Source: an uncultured Gammaproteobacteria bacterium (GTDB taxonomy: Bacteria > Pseudomonadota > Gammaproteobacteria > GCA-001735895). From it: DNA of 64,000 bases. The stretch lies in the NCBI GenBank assembly GCA_964196115.1, contig CAXMRQ010000035.1, positions 8,149-72,148 on the forward strand, given 5' to 3'. The translations under genes and the position numbers were made by a program. This document shows, one piece after another, positions 47,034-57,465 of the stretch. Position 1 is the stretch's first letter. Each line of letters starts with the position of its first letter. The notes under the pieces were generated by a model. The model did not search any database. It saw only the letters and a list, made by a program, of their open reading frames with translations, and was not told the origin of the DNA.

Positions 47034-47870
47034 CTCTCCGGGCAACCCCCATTCGCACCAGGAGCCGTCGTAGACCGTCATATCGCTGTGACCGACCAGG
47101 TGCGCGGCAAACGCAATCACGCATGCAGTCACACCCGAGCCACAACTACAAATAGAAGAATTGCCCGGGGGTATCTTCTGATTAAATATCTGCTTTAATT
47201 CAGATTTAGATTTCATTAAACCCTGATCGAATAATTCAACAAAAGGCAAATTGACAGCACCCGGCATATGGCCTCTGCGCAGCCCGGCGCGTGGCTCATC
47301 GACTTCACCCCGAAAACGCTCTGCTGGCCTGGCATCTAAAATTGTTATTGATGGGTCATCGATCGCATTGAGTACCGTAGCGGCGTCACAAAATCCACCG
47401 ACCACCGGACTGGCGACAAAATTACCTCGATCACAAACAATCGAAGTGGCATCACCGCTGGTAACAAATCCCGCCTTTTGCCAGGAAGGTAAACCACCAT
47501 CAAGAATGGCACAGGCTGTATATCCCATCGACTTCAACATCCACCAGACCCGGGGGCTGGAAAACATACCGAGCGAATCATAAACCACCACCACGCTATC
47601 CTGATTTAACCCGAGCTCCTGTGCCTTATCGGTAAAGCGATCTGCTCTCGGCATCATGTGCGGTAACTCAGAATCGGGCTCGCACACTGTCTGGTCAAAA
47701 TCGAAAAAACGCGCATTTTTAACTCGCTCTTTCTGCCACTCCTCAAAACCACTTCGGCCTGTAACAGGCATATGCCAACTGGCATCAAAAATCACCAGTT
47801 TCGGGTGGTCGATATTCTGCTGTAACCATTCGGCGCTAACCAGAGAGTCGGGTAATATTAATTCACTCAT
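47010..47870 (-). CDS. sseA: 3-mercaptopyruvate sulfurtransferase (tandem rhodanese)
   Basis: 286 aa with two rhodanese domains and the active-site loop CSCGSGVTA (the CG(S/T)GVTA type of MSTs). Confidence 0.85.
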   Translation of the reverse strand: MSELILPDSLVSAEWLQQNIDHPKLVIFDASWHMPVTGRSGFEEWQKERVKNARFFDFDQTVCEPDSELPHMMPRADRFTDKAQELGLNQDSVVVVYDSLGMFSSPRVWWMLKSMGYTACAILDGGLPSWQKAGFVTSGDATSIVCDRGNFVASPVVGGFCDAATVLNAIDDPSITILDARPAERFRGEVDEPRAGLRRGHMPGAVNLPFVELFDQGLMKSKSELKQIFNQKIPPGNSSICSCGSGVTACVIAFAAHLVGHSDMTVYDGSWCEWGLPGELPVEEGN

Positions 47871-47978
47871 ATAATTAATCAGACTGAAACAATTGACATG
47901 ACATTATAGATTCAGAATAGGTCTTTCAGAAAGAATAAATATCTACGCAAGTATCAAATTGCTTTAAAGTAATATTGT

Positions 47979-48863
47979 ATGAATTCACTCAAACCAGTAC
48001 ATGCAGGAATTTTCTTCGCTTTGGTCACAGCAATCGGCCTCGGTTCGATCACAACACAGGCAAAGGTTTTTTATGCGGCTGACGGAAATGCCATGACACT
48101 GATGTTGACCCGATTTCTGATGTCAACATTAGTCTTTGGCCTGTTGATTGTCGGCAAACGCCGAACATTTAATATTGACCGTCGCCAGTATGGGCCTGTA
48201 TTTAAACTCGGCTTTATCTGGTCCGGGTCAATGATATGTTACCTGTTATCGGTGGAATTAATCTCGGTAAGTCTCGCGGTACTGATACTCTATACCTACC
48301 CTTTATTAGTATTGATCTACTCAGCATTTCGCCGACAAGTCTCTCCTTCACCGACACTAATTACGGTTTTTTTCCTCGCCTTTGTAGGACTTTTTCTGGC
48401 GTTATCAAGTGGATCGGTAAAGCTTAATACTACCGGACTGCTGTTTGCTGCGCTGGCCGGGTTAGGTGCAGCTTATACCTTTATCAGCGGTGCTCGAGTC
48501 GCACCAAAAATTAATCCGCTAGTGATGACATTCTGGGTTAACGCAGTTGGTCTGGCAATGATACTCCCCCTGATAGTAACTCAGTTTTCGCTACCGACAG
48601 CTACCACTGCTATGACCGCGCTTGCTGCAGCTACGCTATTTTACCTGATAGCGATACTTTGCCAGTTTGAAGCCCTGGCGAGATTACCGGCCACTACGGC
48701 GGCTTTCATATTGAATCTGGAACCGGTGGTTTCAATTCTATTGGCGGTGATTATTTTGCAGGAACAATTGTTGGCATCGCAATGGTTTGGTGTTGCGCTT
48801 GTGGTTTCGGTATTGTTTTTTTCAATCCGCATCACGGCAAATGGGGCACCAGACAATAAATAA
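47979..48863 (+). CDS. DMT-superfamily (EamA) transporter
   Basis: 294 aa, ~10 TM helices, two EamA-like halves. Confidence 0.8.
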   Translation: MNSLKPVHAGIFFALVTAIGLGSITTQAKVFYAADGNAMTLMLTRFLMSTLVFGLLIVGKRRTFNIDRRQYGPVFKLGFIWSGSMICYLLSVELISVSLAVLILYTYPLLVLIYSAFRRQVSPSPTLITVFFLAFVGLFLALSSGSVKLNTTGLLFAALAGLGAAYTFISGARVAPKINPLVMTFWVNAVGLAMILPLIVTQFSLPTATTAMTALAAATLFYLIAILCQFEALARLPATTAAFILNLEPVVSILLAVIILQEQLLASQWFGVALVVSVLFFSIRITANGAPDNK

Positions 48864-48979
48864 AAATTTGATTAGAACCGTAAACGCCTGTGGGTTTAAA
48901 CTTGTAACACAAATATTAGTTTGCATAATGGCTGGTCCATTAATTTTTCCTCAGCAATCCTCAAATCACGGAAATCACA

Positions 48980-49954
48980 ATGACTAAAGCGATCAGAATT
49001 CACCAGACAGGCGGCCCCGAAGTATTAATATGGGAAGACATTGACGTTGGCGAACCCGGAAAGGGCCAGGTACGACTCAGACAAACCGCCTGTGGATTGA
49101 ACTATATCGATGTTTATGGACGTACCGGGTTATATCCTGTAGAGGAACTCCCTGCTATTCTGGGAATGGAGGCCGTAGGTGTTGTCGATGCAGTAGGTGA
49201 AGGCGTGAGCACATTGAGCGTAGGTGACCGTGTAGCCTATGCAATGCAAATTGGCGCTTATGCCGAAGCACGCCTAATCGACGCAAAGCATATGGTTAAA
49301 ATACCAGACAGTATCGACGACCGGACCGCGGCCGCAATGATGCTCAAGGGAATTACTGCTTATTACCTGCTACATAGAACCTACCCGGTACAACCGGGTG
49401 ATACGATCTTGATGTACGCAGCCGCTGGCGGGGTCGGGTTAATCTTGTGCCAGTGGGCTAAACAACTTGGAGTTAGCGTGATCGGCTGTGTCGGTTCGGA
49501 ACAAAAGGCTGAACTGGCAAAGGCAAATGGATGCGAACACACTATTCTTTATCGTGACGAAGATATCGCAAAACGCGTGCGCGACATTACCGATGGAGTC
49601 GGCGTAGCTGTGGTGTACGATTCAATCGGCAAGGCGACATTCGAATCTTCTCTAGATTCACTAAGACCGTTCGGAGTATTTGCGACCTACGGTAATGCCA
49701 GTGGCCCGGTGGAACCATTTAGTCCTGCCATTCTTGCGCCTAAAGGATCGCTTTATGTCACTCGACCGACAATAGCAACACATATCTCAACGCGGGAACT
49801 ACTGGAAGAAGCTGCGAATAGTCTGTTTAAAGTTGTCGCAAATAGCACCGTTAAAATTCACGTTAATCAGAGTTTCGCATTGGCCGATTGTGCCGATGCT
49901 CACCGGAACCTGGAGGCCCGAAACACCACTGGATCAACTGTACTTGAAATTTAA
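48980..49954 (+). CDS. qor: NADPH:quinone oxidoreductase (zeta-crystallin-like MDR)
   Basis: 324 aa. GLNYIDVY.R.G.YP, AAAGGVG and a C-terminal GS.VL. are the Qor pattern. Confidence 0.85.
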   Translation: MTKAIRIHQTGGPEVLIWEDIDVGEPGKGQVRLRQTACGLNYIDVYGRTGLYPVEELPAILGMEAVGVVDAVGEGVSTLSVGDRVAYAMQIGAYAEARLIDAKHMVKIPDSIDDRTAAAMMLKGITAYYLLHRTYPVQPGDTILMYAAAGGVGLILCQWAKQLGVSVIGCVGSEQKAELAKANGCEHTILYRDEDIAKRVRDITDGVGVAVVYDSIGKATFESSLDSLRPFGVFATYGNASGPVEPFSPAILAPKGSLYVTRPTIATHISTRELLEEAANSLFKVVANSTVKIHVNQSFALADCADAHRNLEARNTTGSTVLEI

Positions 49955-50346
49955 GTCACGTTTTTTTGATTGATATTTTACTTTAATTAAAGCAATTGAA
50001 AATCAATATTTCACAAAATATCCACCCATTATGCGGCTCTAGTTAAGCCAGTTTTTGTAATTTCCAACACATAGCTACCTGTTTGTATAATATTGTTATT
50101 AATCAATAAGTTATATTAAATAAATTGGCTCCCCTAAGGGCCGGATTACAATTCAGGAGCAGTAGTTCACAGCAATCATGTGAAGCACATCACAAAAATT
50201 TCAAACAGTTTAACTGTTATGGTTATCTGTTATGCATACATTTCTTTATTACTGTATCTGTTACTATAACAGTCGAAGGCTATAATAATCTCCATTAACT
50301 AACACAGCAATCAGGTCTCGTCCACCTGGCGGCATTTATCAGGAGA

Positions 50347-50592
50347 ATGAACATGACTACTATCAGATTATACAATTTCATCGAAGGCCTCGAAATCAGC
50401 TCAGCTCTGTACGCTCTGGTTCAACGTATCGAAGCGGCAGCAACTACAGTCCAAAAGACTATGGCAATCTGGGTGTCACGCGCCACAGATCGTCGCCAGC
50501 TGGCAGAAATGAGTGATCGTATGCTGACAGACATCGGCCTGACTCGCGTCGAAGTCGAAACCGAAGCCAGCAAGAATTTTTGGCAGCGTTAA
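50347..50592 (+). CDS. DUF1127-domain small protein
   Basis: 81 aa. The C-terminal RRQLAEMSDRMLTDIGLTRVEVETEA is the DUF1127 (YjiS-like) motif. A GGAG SD lies upstream. Confidence 0.7.
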   Translation: MNMTTIRLYNFIEGLEISSALYALVQRIEAAATTVQKTMAIWVSRATDRRQLAEMSDRMLTDIGLTRVEVETEASKNFWQR

Positions 50593-50715
50593 GCGACACC
50601 GCTTAAATTTACCCTTATTGTCGAGAACGGCAATAAACAGCGAAGAATCTCCTCCTCCTCTTTCTTCGTTATATTGTGGCCAGGGACGGCCAATTTTTTT
50701 ATCTTAAAATAGCTA

Positions 50716-50888
50716 ATCATCCTAGAAAACCCAGTTGGATCACGAAAGTCCACGCAAGCTCTTGACGCGCCTAGCAAAATAAAAAAACCTCTAATCACCA
50801 ATAAGGTGCCTACGAATTTTTTGATTTCACTATGCACGCCAATATCTTACGCGTCTTTTTCGCGCCCAACTGGGTTTTCTAGGATCAT
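50716..50888. repeat. 173-bp palindromic MITE-like element, family 3 (core related to family 1)
   Basis: The termini are ATCATCCTAGAAAACCCAGTTGG ... CCAACTGGGTTTTCTAGGATCAT. The interior is an imperfect palindrome and shares GCGCGAA..A..CGCG...ATATTG and TTGATTTCAC / GTGCATA blocks with family 1. The right terminus contains the TGA stop (minus strand) of the ABC-2 permease. Confidence 0.65.
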
Positions 50889-51646
50889 TGTTTGAGCCGA
50901 TACCCCGTCTTAAACATCCACCACACCAGCACCAAACAAGATAGTAAAAATAACGTAATCATCGTCAGGCTAATGCCTACTCCGACATCAGCTACTTCAA
51001 AGAAACTCCAGCGAAAGCCACTAATTAAATAAAGAACCGGGTTAAACAGCGTCACCGTTTGCCAGGCTGGAGGCAACATACTCACCGAATAAAAGCTGCC
51101 ACCGAGAAACACCAACGGTGTAATAACCAGCATCGGTATAAGTTGCAACTTTTCGAAATTAGACGCCCACAGGCCGATAATAAATCCGAATAAACTGAAT
51201 GAAACGCAGGTTAATATCAGAAAAGCCACCATCCACACCGGATGAGCAATATTCAGATCGACGAAAAGATTGGCTGTAGCCAGGATTATCAGCCCCAGAA
51301 TCATAGATTTCGTCGCGGCGGCGCCGACATAACCAATAATAATTTCGAAAAACGAAATTGGAGCGGACATCACTTCGTAAATAGCACCGGTAAATTTAGG
51401 GAAGAAAATACTGAACGAGGCATTTGCGATACTTTGCGTCAGTAATGACAACATTACCAGGCCGGGAACGATAAAAACGCCATAAGATACGCCGTCAATT
51501 TCTTCGATGCGGGAACCAATTGCAGCGCCAAACACGACGAAGTAGAGTGACGTAGAAATAACTGGTGAGGCGAGAGACTGTAAAAGAGTATTCCACGCGC
51601 GTAGCATTTCATTTTTATAAATCACTCGAATAGCCTGATAATTCAT
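50885..51646 (-). CDS. ABC-2 type transporter permease (YadH-like)
   Basis: 253 aa, 6 TM helices, with the ABC-2 membrane pattern. Translationally coupled (4-nt overlap) to the upstream ATPase. Confidence 0.8.
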   Translation of the reverse strand: MNYQAIRVIYKNEMLRAWNTLLQSLASPVISTSLYFVVFGAAIGSRIEEIDGVSYGVFIVPGLVMLSLLTQSIANASFSIFFPKFTGAIYEVMSAPISFFEIIIGYVGAAATKSMILGLIILATANLFVDLNIAHPVWMVAFLILTCVSFSLFGFIIGLWASNFEKLQLIPMLVITPLVFLGGSFYSVSMLPPAWQTVTLFNPVLYLISGFRWSFFEVADVGVGISLTMITLFLLSCLVLVWWMFKTGYRLKQ

Positions 51647-52569
51647 GATTGCGCCCTGACCAGCTTGACAAAAATATCTTCCAGCGAAGTCTGGCTGGTT
51701 TTCAGGTCTTTCATTGCGAGGCCAGCTTCATTCAGACTTTGCAATAACGCAGTGATTCCAGTGCGACTGGCATGCGTGTCGTAGGTATAGGTCAACTGGT
51801 TACCATCGACGGATTTTTCGAGATTAAATCTGGCTAGTGATTCCGGAACAGAATCGACTGCTTGCTTCATTTCAAGCACCAGTTGTTTCCTGCCAAAATC
51901 CTGCATCAAGGACTGCTTCTGATCTACTAATAATAGTTCTCCATTGTTGATCACGCCGACCCGATCAGCAATTTCCTCGGCCTCTTCTATGTAATGGGTA
52001 GTAAGAATAATTGTTACACCCGATTTACGAAGGCCTCGCACCAGTTCCCACATATCCCTTCGCAGTTCAACGTCCACCCCGGCGGTCGGTTCGTCTAAAA
52101 ATAATATTCTGGGTTCGTGCGAAAGCGCTTTGGCTATCAGTACGCGGCGCTTCATACCACCAGACAATTCTCTCAATTCATTATCTTTTTTGTCGTACAG
52201 CGACAAATCTTTTAGCAATTGTTCGATATAAGCAGAGTTGGGTTTCTTGCCGAACAAACCGCGACTGAAATTGACAGAGGCCCAGACCGTGTCAAATGCA
52301 CCGAGGGTAAGTTCCTGCGGCACCAGACCGATCATCTCGCGTGTAATGCGATAACCGTCGACGATATCATGGCCGGCTACAGTTACCGATCCCGTGCTAG
52401 CCGAAACAATACCGCATATAATCGAAATCAGGGTCGTTTTACCAGCACCGTTGGGTCCGAGCAGCGCGAGAATTTCTCCCTCGTAGATGTCAAGATTAAT
52501 ATTTTTGAGTGCGTGAAAGCCCGAATCGTAAGTTTTCGAGAGCTGAGATATGTTAATGATAGTTTGCAT
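51643..52569 (-). CDS. ABC transporter ATP-binding protein (YadG-like)
   Basis: 308 aa. Walker [10 protein letters not shown], signature LSGGMKRR, Walker B LFLDEPT. Confidence 0.9.
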   Translation of the reverse strand: MQTIINISQLSKTYDSGFHALKNINLDIYEGEILALLGPNGAGKTTLISIICGIVSASTGSVTVAGHDIVDGYRITREMIGLVPQELTLGAFDTVWASVNFSRGLFGKKPNSAYIEQLLKDLSLYDKKDNELRELSGGMKRRVLIAKALSHEPRILFLDEPTAGVDVELRRDMWELVRGLRKSGVTIILTTHYIEEAEEIADRVGVINNGELLLVDQKQSLMQDFGRKQLVLEMKQAVDSVPESLARFNLEKSVDGNQLTYTYDTHASRTGITALLQSLNEAGLAMKDLKTSQTSLEDIFVKLVRAQS

Positions 52570-52712
52570 CGCGCGATTCTACTATCAGTGAATGCGCATG
52601 CATATCGATTATTGAAGGTTCAGATGGCTTGCTAGCCCTATTATTTGCTTTTAACGATGCGATGAAAAAATTATACTGCAAGTAACCTCTTGCAGTAATC
52701 ACGAGCCTGCCA

Positions 52713-53168
52713 ATGACTAGTTTCAACTTCCATTCCGAGCCACTACAGGATAGCTGGCTTGATGCCTATGGGCACTTAAACGAGGCCTATTATCTGCTGC
52801 CGTTTACCAATACAACCTGGAAATTTCAGCATAATTTCGGTATTGGTGTCGATTATTTCGAGCGCACTGGCTGTGCCATTTATACCGTGGAAACCCACCT
52901 GCGCTATCTGAACGATGTACGATCACCGTCGGTAATGGACATCGAAACAATCGTGCTTGGGTCGGATGCAAAAAAAATCTGGTTCGCCCACAAAATGCTG
53001 GTCGAAGGTGATCTATGCGCCACCGGTGAGTTTATGGTTTTGCATTATGGCACTCGTGAATCACGCACTATCGAAATGCCCGAATCGGTTCAGGCTGCAC
53101 TAAAGCAGGCGGAGGTATCCGAAAAACCAGACTGGACAGGACGCCATATTAGCCTGCAAAAACGCTAG
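52713..53168 (+). CDS. Hotdog-fold acyl-CoA thioesterase (4HBT/YbgC-like)
   Basis: 151 aa. D.YGH.N.A.Y near the N-terminus and the overall size fit the 4HBT family. Confidence 0.65.
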   Translation: MTSFNFHSEPLQDSWLDAYGHLNEAYYLLPFTNTTWKFQHNFGIGVDYFERTGCAIYTVETHLRYLNDVRSPSVMDIETIVLGSDAKKIWFAHKMLVEGDLCATGEFMVLHYGTRESRTIEMPESVQAALKQAEVSEKPDWTGRHISLQKR

Positions 53169-53869
53169 AAGTTCTCCTTCCAGGGACGTAGATCAACCTC
53201 CAGACTCCAGGCACTGCGGTGCTGGTTTAATACCGACAAATACACTTCGGCAATCGCATCCGGTTCCAACATCCCATCGTCGGCATTTGACGACGGTTTA
53301 TCGATACTCAAATCTCGTCCCGGGGATGCAATTGAACCATCGATAATAAAATGGGCAATGTGGATATTTTGCGGTCCAAGTTCACGCGCCAGACTTTGGG
53401 TTAAACCTCGCAAGGCGAATTTTCCCATTGCGAATGGTGCAAACTGAGGAAATCCTTTAACACTGGCCGTAGCACCGGTAAAAAAAATCGCGCCACTTCC
53501 GGCTGATTGCATGCGTTTAGCTGCCTGCTGCGCCACTAGAAATCCGCCATACCCGGTTAACATTAATGATTTATGAACTGCCTCGGGATCAAGCTCGGCT
53601 ACAGGTCCAGCGGTATAGGCACTCGCGTTATACAAAACCACATCGGGTGTGCCGATAACTTGATCAACCTGCTCAAATAAACTTCTCACCTGATCAACTT
53701 CGGTTGCATCGCAGGCGAATGCCAACCCATCGATTTCCTGTTTTAAACCGTCCAGTTTATCGACGTTTCGCGCCGCTAACCCGACCCGATATCCCTGTTT
53801 AGCTAAAATTCGGGCAAATGAAGCACTGGTGCCACTACCAGCACCTACGATTAAGGCTTTTAAAGTCAT
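53165..53869 (-). CDS. Short-chain dehydrogenase/reductase (SDR)
   Basis: 234 aa. VGAGSGTSASFA is a TGxxxGxG-like motif, with NAS and a degenerate catalytic region. Confidence 0.8.
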   Translation of the reverse strand: MTLKALIVGAGSGTSASFARILAKQGYRVGLAARNVDKLDGLKQEIDGLAFACDATEVDQVRSLFEQVDQVIGTPDVVLYNASAYTAGPVAELDPEAVHKSLMLTGYGGFLVAQQAAKRMQSAGSGAIFFTGATASVKGFPQFAPFAMGKFALRGLTQSLARELGPQNIHIAHFIIDGSIASPGRDLSIDKPSSNADDGMLEPDAIAEVYLSVLNQHRSAWSLEVDLRPWKENF

Positions 53870-54040
53870 AACTCCTCCAGATTGGCATTGAGTAACCGAA
53901 GGATATCATCAACTAAGACTATTCAGGAACCTGCGTGATTTTAATAGTTATCGAGAGAAAAAAGGTCACGTCCGACCAATGACTGCAAAATTATGCAGAA
54001 CTACCGATCTGGCAACGCCTGGCCGTGATAAAAAAACCTG

Positions 54041-54154
54041 CTATAGGGATTTTCTCAGATAAGCGAGGGAGAAAATAATGGTAATGATTAGGATCCAGGT
54101 GGAGGGGGCCATAGCGCTAATCACCGATTGCAGCATTGCGTTGAACGATTGCAT
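54041..54154 (-). CDS. Candidate small membrane protein (37 aa), unannotated
   Basis: The minus-strand ATG at 54154 is preceded by AGGA at -7 to -10. It encodes MQSFNAMLQSVISAMAPSTWILIITIIFSLAYLRKSL, with one hydrophobic helix. It is below the ORF-track size cut-off and has no family assignment. Confidence 0.25.
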   Translation of the reverse strand: MQSFNAMLQSVISAMAPSTWILIITIIFSLAYLRKSL

Positions 54155-54580
54155 GATAATCCTATGTTCTATAAATAAGATTAGTTAACGAACGCAACTA
54201 TATGTTATTTAACTATAAAGTCAATAATTAAATTATTTAATATATTTCCACAGCGAAGCTAGCCAGGTAACGACAGAAACCCCCATAACGATGAGCTGGA
54301 AACTATCGGTAAGAGAGAAACAGCCAACGGGTTAAAACAAACTGATATCATTAGGCATTTAACGTCACTATGGCATTGTTGCTAATTGCCTCCATAATGC
54401 CAGTGGTTATCGAGTTGATTAGACAGGCAGTGGGGTAATTTTGATCCGGATAAAAAGTTATTCTGTATTACCAGGTCACTGGGTACAGCATTATTATACC
54501 GGCTATTTATCAAGCGTGTGAATACTGCACTGGCTACCGCCCACTGAAACTACCACTAAAACTTTTCTCCGTTTTTATAG

Positions 54581-55162
54581 TTACTTTTTCATACTAGCTG
54601 AGCGGGTACCGAATAGACGATCACCAGCGTCGCCCAGCCCTGGTAGTATATAACCTTTTTCGTTGCATTCCCGATCCATTGCAGCCGTGTAGATAGTGAC
54701 ATCCGGATGCTCGTCTTTCAGGGTTTGTATTCCGTCCGGTGCGGCTAAAAGGCAGATAAAGCGAATGTTTTTTGCGCCTGCTTCCTTAACCCGGGTCAGC
54801 GCTGCCGATGCAGAATGACCGGTAGCCAACATTGGATCGACAACAATACAGAGCCTGTGCTCAAGATCTAACGGTGCTTTAAAATAATACTCTACGGCCT
54901 CTAAGGTTTTAGGATCACGGTATAGCCCTACATGCCCAATTCTGGCCGAAGGCACAAGTTCCTCCAGGCCGGACAATAGCCCTTCACCCGCTCGTAGAAT
55001 AGAAAAGAAGCACAACTTTTTGCCTGCCAGAATTGGCGCATCCATGTGTTCGAGTGGTGTTTCAATGGACTTGCTAGTCATCGACAGGTCGCGAGTTGCC
55101 TCATACCCCATGAGTAAACTGATTTCCTTTAACCTCGAAATTCCAGCTTCGCATTTAAGCAA
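54581..55162 (-). CDS. upp: Uracil phosphoribosyltransferase, lacking the conserved N-terminal ~20 residues (possibly a pseudogene)
   Basis: [32 protein letters not shown] and [16 protein letters not shown] are Upp motifs. Homology starts at ~[15 protein letters not shown] (equivalent to E. coli F27). The only start is a TTG, and the upstream DNA encodes part of the opposite-strand gene. Confidence 0.7.
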   Translation of the reverse strand: MLKCEAGISRLKEISLLMGYEATRDLSMTSKSIETPLEHMDAPILAGKKLCFFSILRAGEGLLSGLEELVPSARIGHVGLYRDPKTLEAVEYYFKAPLDLEHRLCIVVDPMLATGHSASAALTRVKEAGAKNIRFICLLAAPDGIQTLKDEHPDVTIYTAAMDRECNEKGYILPGLGDAGDRLFGTRSASMKK

Positions 55163-55210
55163 CAGCTCAAAGACCTGGGTGAAATTTCCAGAGAACTCAA
55201 GGTTGGCTAT

Positions 55211-57421
55211 TTGGTTGAAGGCAGTATCCGTAAATCAACTGATCGAATAAGAATCACAGTACAACTCATCGAGACTGCTACGGGTAATCAGCTGTGGGGA
55301 AAGCGCTATGATGCCGAGATTAAAAATCTGTTTGAGCTTGAGGAAGATCTCAGTCGAACTATCGCAGCCACGGTGACTGGGCAAATCGACTCCGACTTAC
55401 AGCGGATCGCCATCGCTAAAGGTGCGGCGAATCAGGATTCCTACGACTTGCTACTCGGTGGAATCTATCACTGCTATAAATTCACCCAGTCAGATACGAT
55501 TATTGCCATTAAGAAATTGAATCAGTGTCTTGAAAACGAACCAGGCAATGTTCGCGCCCATACTACGCTTTTCATATGCCATTTATTGAACTACCTGGAA
55601 CGTTGGGTAGTTGATCCCCATGCATCATTTGAGCGGGCAGATGTTCATATCAGCAAGTCCTTATCGTTGGATCCGAACATCGGAACCGTACAATCTTTTT
55701 ACGGGGAGTATCTGATTTTTTGTAAACAACCTGGTAAAGCCCTGGGGCATATTAATAAAGCATTACAAATAAACCCGAACGACCCCGACGCTATTACGAT
55801 GAAAGCTTTCGCGCTGGAAATGATGGGCGAGTTTGAACAGGCGTTGGAATTGGCCGAACTAGGACATCGCCTGGATCCCTATATTCCCTGGGCTGACTGG
55901 AATCTGGCCGAATGCCAGATTTTTTCCGGGCAATATGAAAAAGCGCTGGAGACTATATCTAATTCAAAGAATGACCCAGAGCTTTTAAAGATGTATTACA
56001 TCGTTGCCAATATAAAATTGAACCGAAAGGAACCGGCCAGGCGGGCATTAAAGGAATTTATGCAGGAATGCCGAAATAGTATGGCGACAATGCCGACGAC
56101 TCTGGCCGAGTGGTTGCAATACTCGATGTCTTATACACCATTTGAGGACGCTAGTTTAAACGAAGACATCATCGACTGCCTGGTTCAGGCGGGGCTTGAG
56201 GATGAACTGGATGCTCGCCAGCAACTTAACGAGCCTGATGACCTGCCTTCAATCGCCGTATTACCATTCGAAAACATGAGCGGCGACCCGGAGCAGGAAT
56301 TTTTTAGCGATGGGATTACCACCGATATCATTTCAACCCTGTCACGATTCAGGCACATGCGTGTCGTTTCGAGATACTCGACGATTCAATATAAAAATCA
56401 AAAAGCATCCATATCAGAAATAGCGGATCAGCAGAGTGTTCGATATATCCTCGAAGGTAGCGTACGTAAAAGCGGAGATCACATCCGGGTCAACGCCAAT
56501 CTGATCGATTCCAGCAATGAAGAAATCTGCTGGCGCGAGCGTTACGATCGTGATCTTGACGATATTTTTGCGGTACAGGACGAGATTACAAAAAATATAA
56601 CCGTAGCGATGAAGGTCCATTTTGAAGATGGTGACAAGGCGTTGCAACTGGTATCAGGCACGGCAAATATCAAAGCATGGGAACTGGTGCTTACCGCTGT
56701 AGATTTACAGGATACCTATATCCAACAAAACATCCTCGATGCTCGCACAATGATTAAACAGGCTCTGAAATTAGACCCTGATTATGTCAATGCCTGGGTA
56801 ATGCTTGGATGGACTCACTGGCAGGAAGCCTATAGCGGCTGGTGTAATTCCTTCCAGAACGCCATGCATCATGCTGAGAACGCGGTAAAAAAAGCGTTTG
56901 ATCTCGACCCAGAAAATGCTGAAGCCTGGGCCTTAAAAGGAACAATTCACCTGATGAATCATGAGCCGGAGGCAAGCCTCAATTGTTGCAGGAAAGCCGT
57001 TGAACTCGCACCGGGTAACACCGAGATGCAGGCACTGATGGCATTCACGTTTTGTTTTATTGGCAATTTTGAGGAGGCCACGGAATACTATGAAACCACG
57101 TTGAAACTATGCCCAGTACCTCCAAACTGGTATTCACTCATCGGGGCGCATATTAAACAACACTCGGGAGACCCGGGCGGAGCGATTGAAATACTCCAAC
57201 AGGCTATAGCTGTGGAGCCGGATTCACCGTTATGCCGGTTCTACCTGATGGATGCGATGCTTGAAAAAGCCGACGAGACAGGCGCCAGGAGGCTTGCAGA
57301 AGAAATTAGGGCACTCGATAAATCGGTTACCGGAAAGGGACTCGTTCGGTGTTATAGTCAGGATAAATCCAGACGTGACCGATTCCAGTCTAATCTAGCA
57401 AAAATGGGTTTTTCGGATTAA
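55211..57421 (+). CDS. TolB-N-like/TPR repeat protein with a duplicated [TolB-like + TPR] module; the first module is 5'-truncated
   Basis: 736 aa. Residues ~345-470 ([29 protein letters not shown]...[22 protein letters not shown]....[19 protein letters not shown]) form the complete TolB-like domain. The N-terminus ([20 protein letters not shown]....[19 protein letters not shown]) is only its second half. TPR-like helices follow both copies. Confidence 0.7.
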   Translation: MVEGSIRKSTDRIRITVQLIETATGNQLWGKRYDAEIKNLFELEEDLSRTIAATVTGQIDSDLQRIAIAKGAANQDSYDLLLGGIYHCYKFTQSDTIIAIKKLNQCLENEPGNVRAHTTLFICHLLNYLERWVVDPHASFERADVHISKSLSLDPNIGTVQSFYGEYLIFCKQPGKALGHINKALQINPNDPDAITMKAFALEMMGEFEQALELAELGHRLDPYIPWADWNLAECQIFSGQYEKALETISNSKNDPELLKMYYIVANIKLNRKEPARRALKEFMQECRNSMATMPTTLAEWLQYSMSYTPFEDASLNEDIIDCLVQAGLEDELDARQQLNEPDDLPSIAVLPFENMSGDPEQEFFSDGITTDIISTLSRFRHMRVVSRYSTIQYKNQKASISEIADQQSVRYILEGSVRKSGDHIRVNANLIDSSNEEICWRERYDRDLDDIFAVQDEITKNITVAMKVHFEDGDKALQLVSGTANIKAWELVLTAVDLQDTYIQQNILDARTMIKQALKLDPDYVNAWVMLGWTHWQEAYSGWCNSFQNAMHHAENAVKKAFDLDPENAEAWALKGTIHLMNHEPEASLNCCRKAVELAPGNTEMQALMAFTFCFIGNFEEATEYYETTLKLCPVPPNWYSLIGAHIKQHSGDPGGAIEILQQAIAVEPDSPLCRFYLMDAMLEKADETGARRLAEEIRALDKSVTGKGLVRCYSQDKSRRDRFQSNLAKMGFSD

Positions 57422-57465
57422 TGGATTTTCATGATTTTGCCCTGATTACAGTACCAATGATTGCC

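Noticed and set aside
50250-50275. LexA/SOS box upstream of the DUF1127 gene (TACTGTATCTGTTACTATAACAGT)
   Set aside because: The best CTGT...ACAG pair has N7 spacing (CTGT-TACTATA-ACAG), not the N8 of the gammaproteobacterial CTGT-N8-ACAG consensus.
50589-50837. 82-aa minus-strand ORF downstream of the DUF1127 gene
   Set aside because: It overlaps the left half of the 173-bp palindromic element and has no SD or recognisable motif. It is probably spurious.
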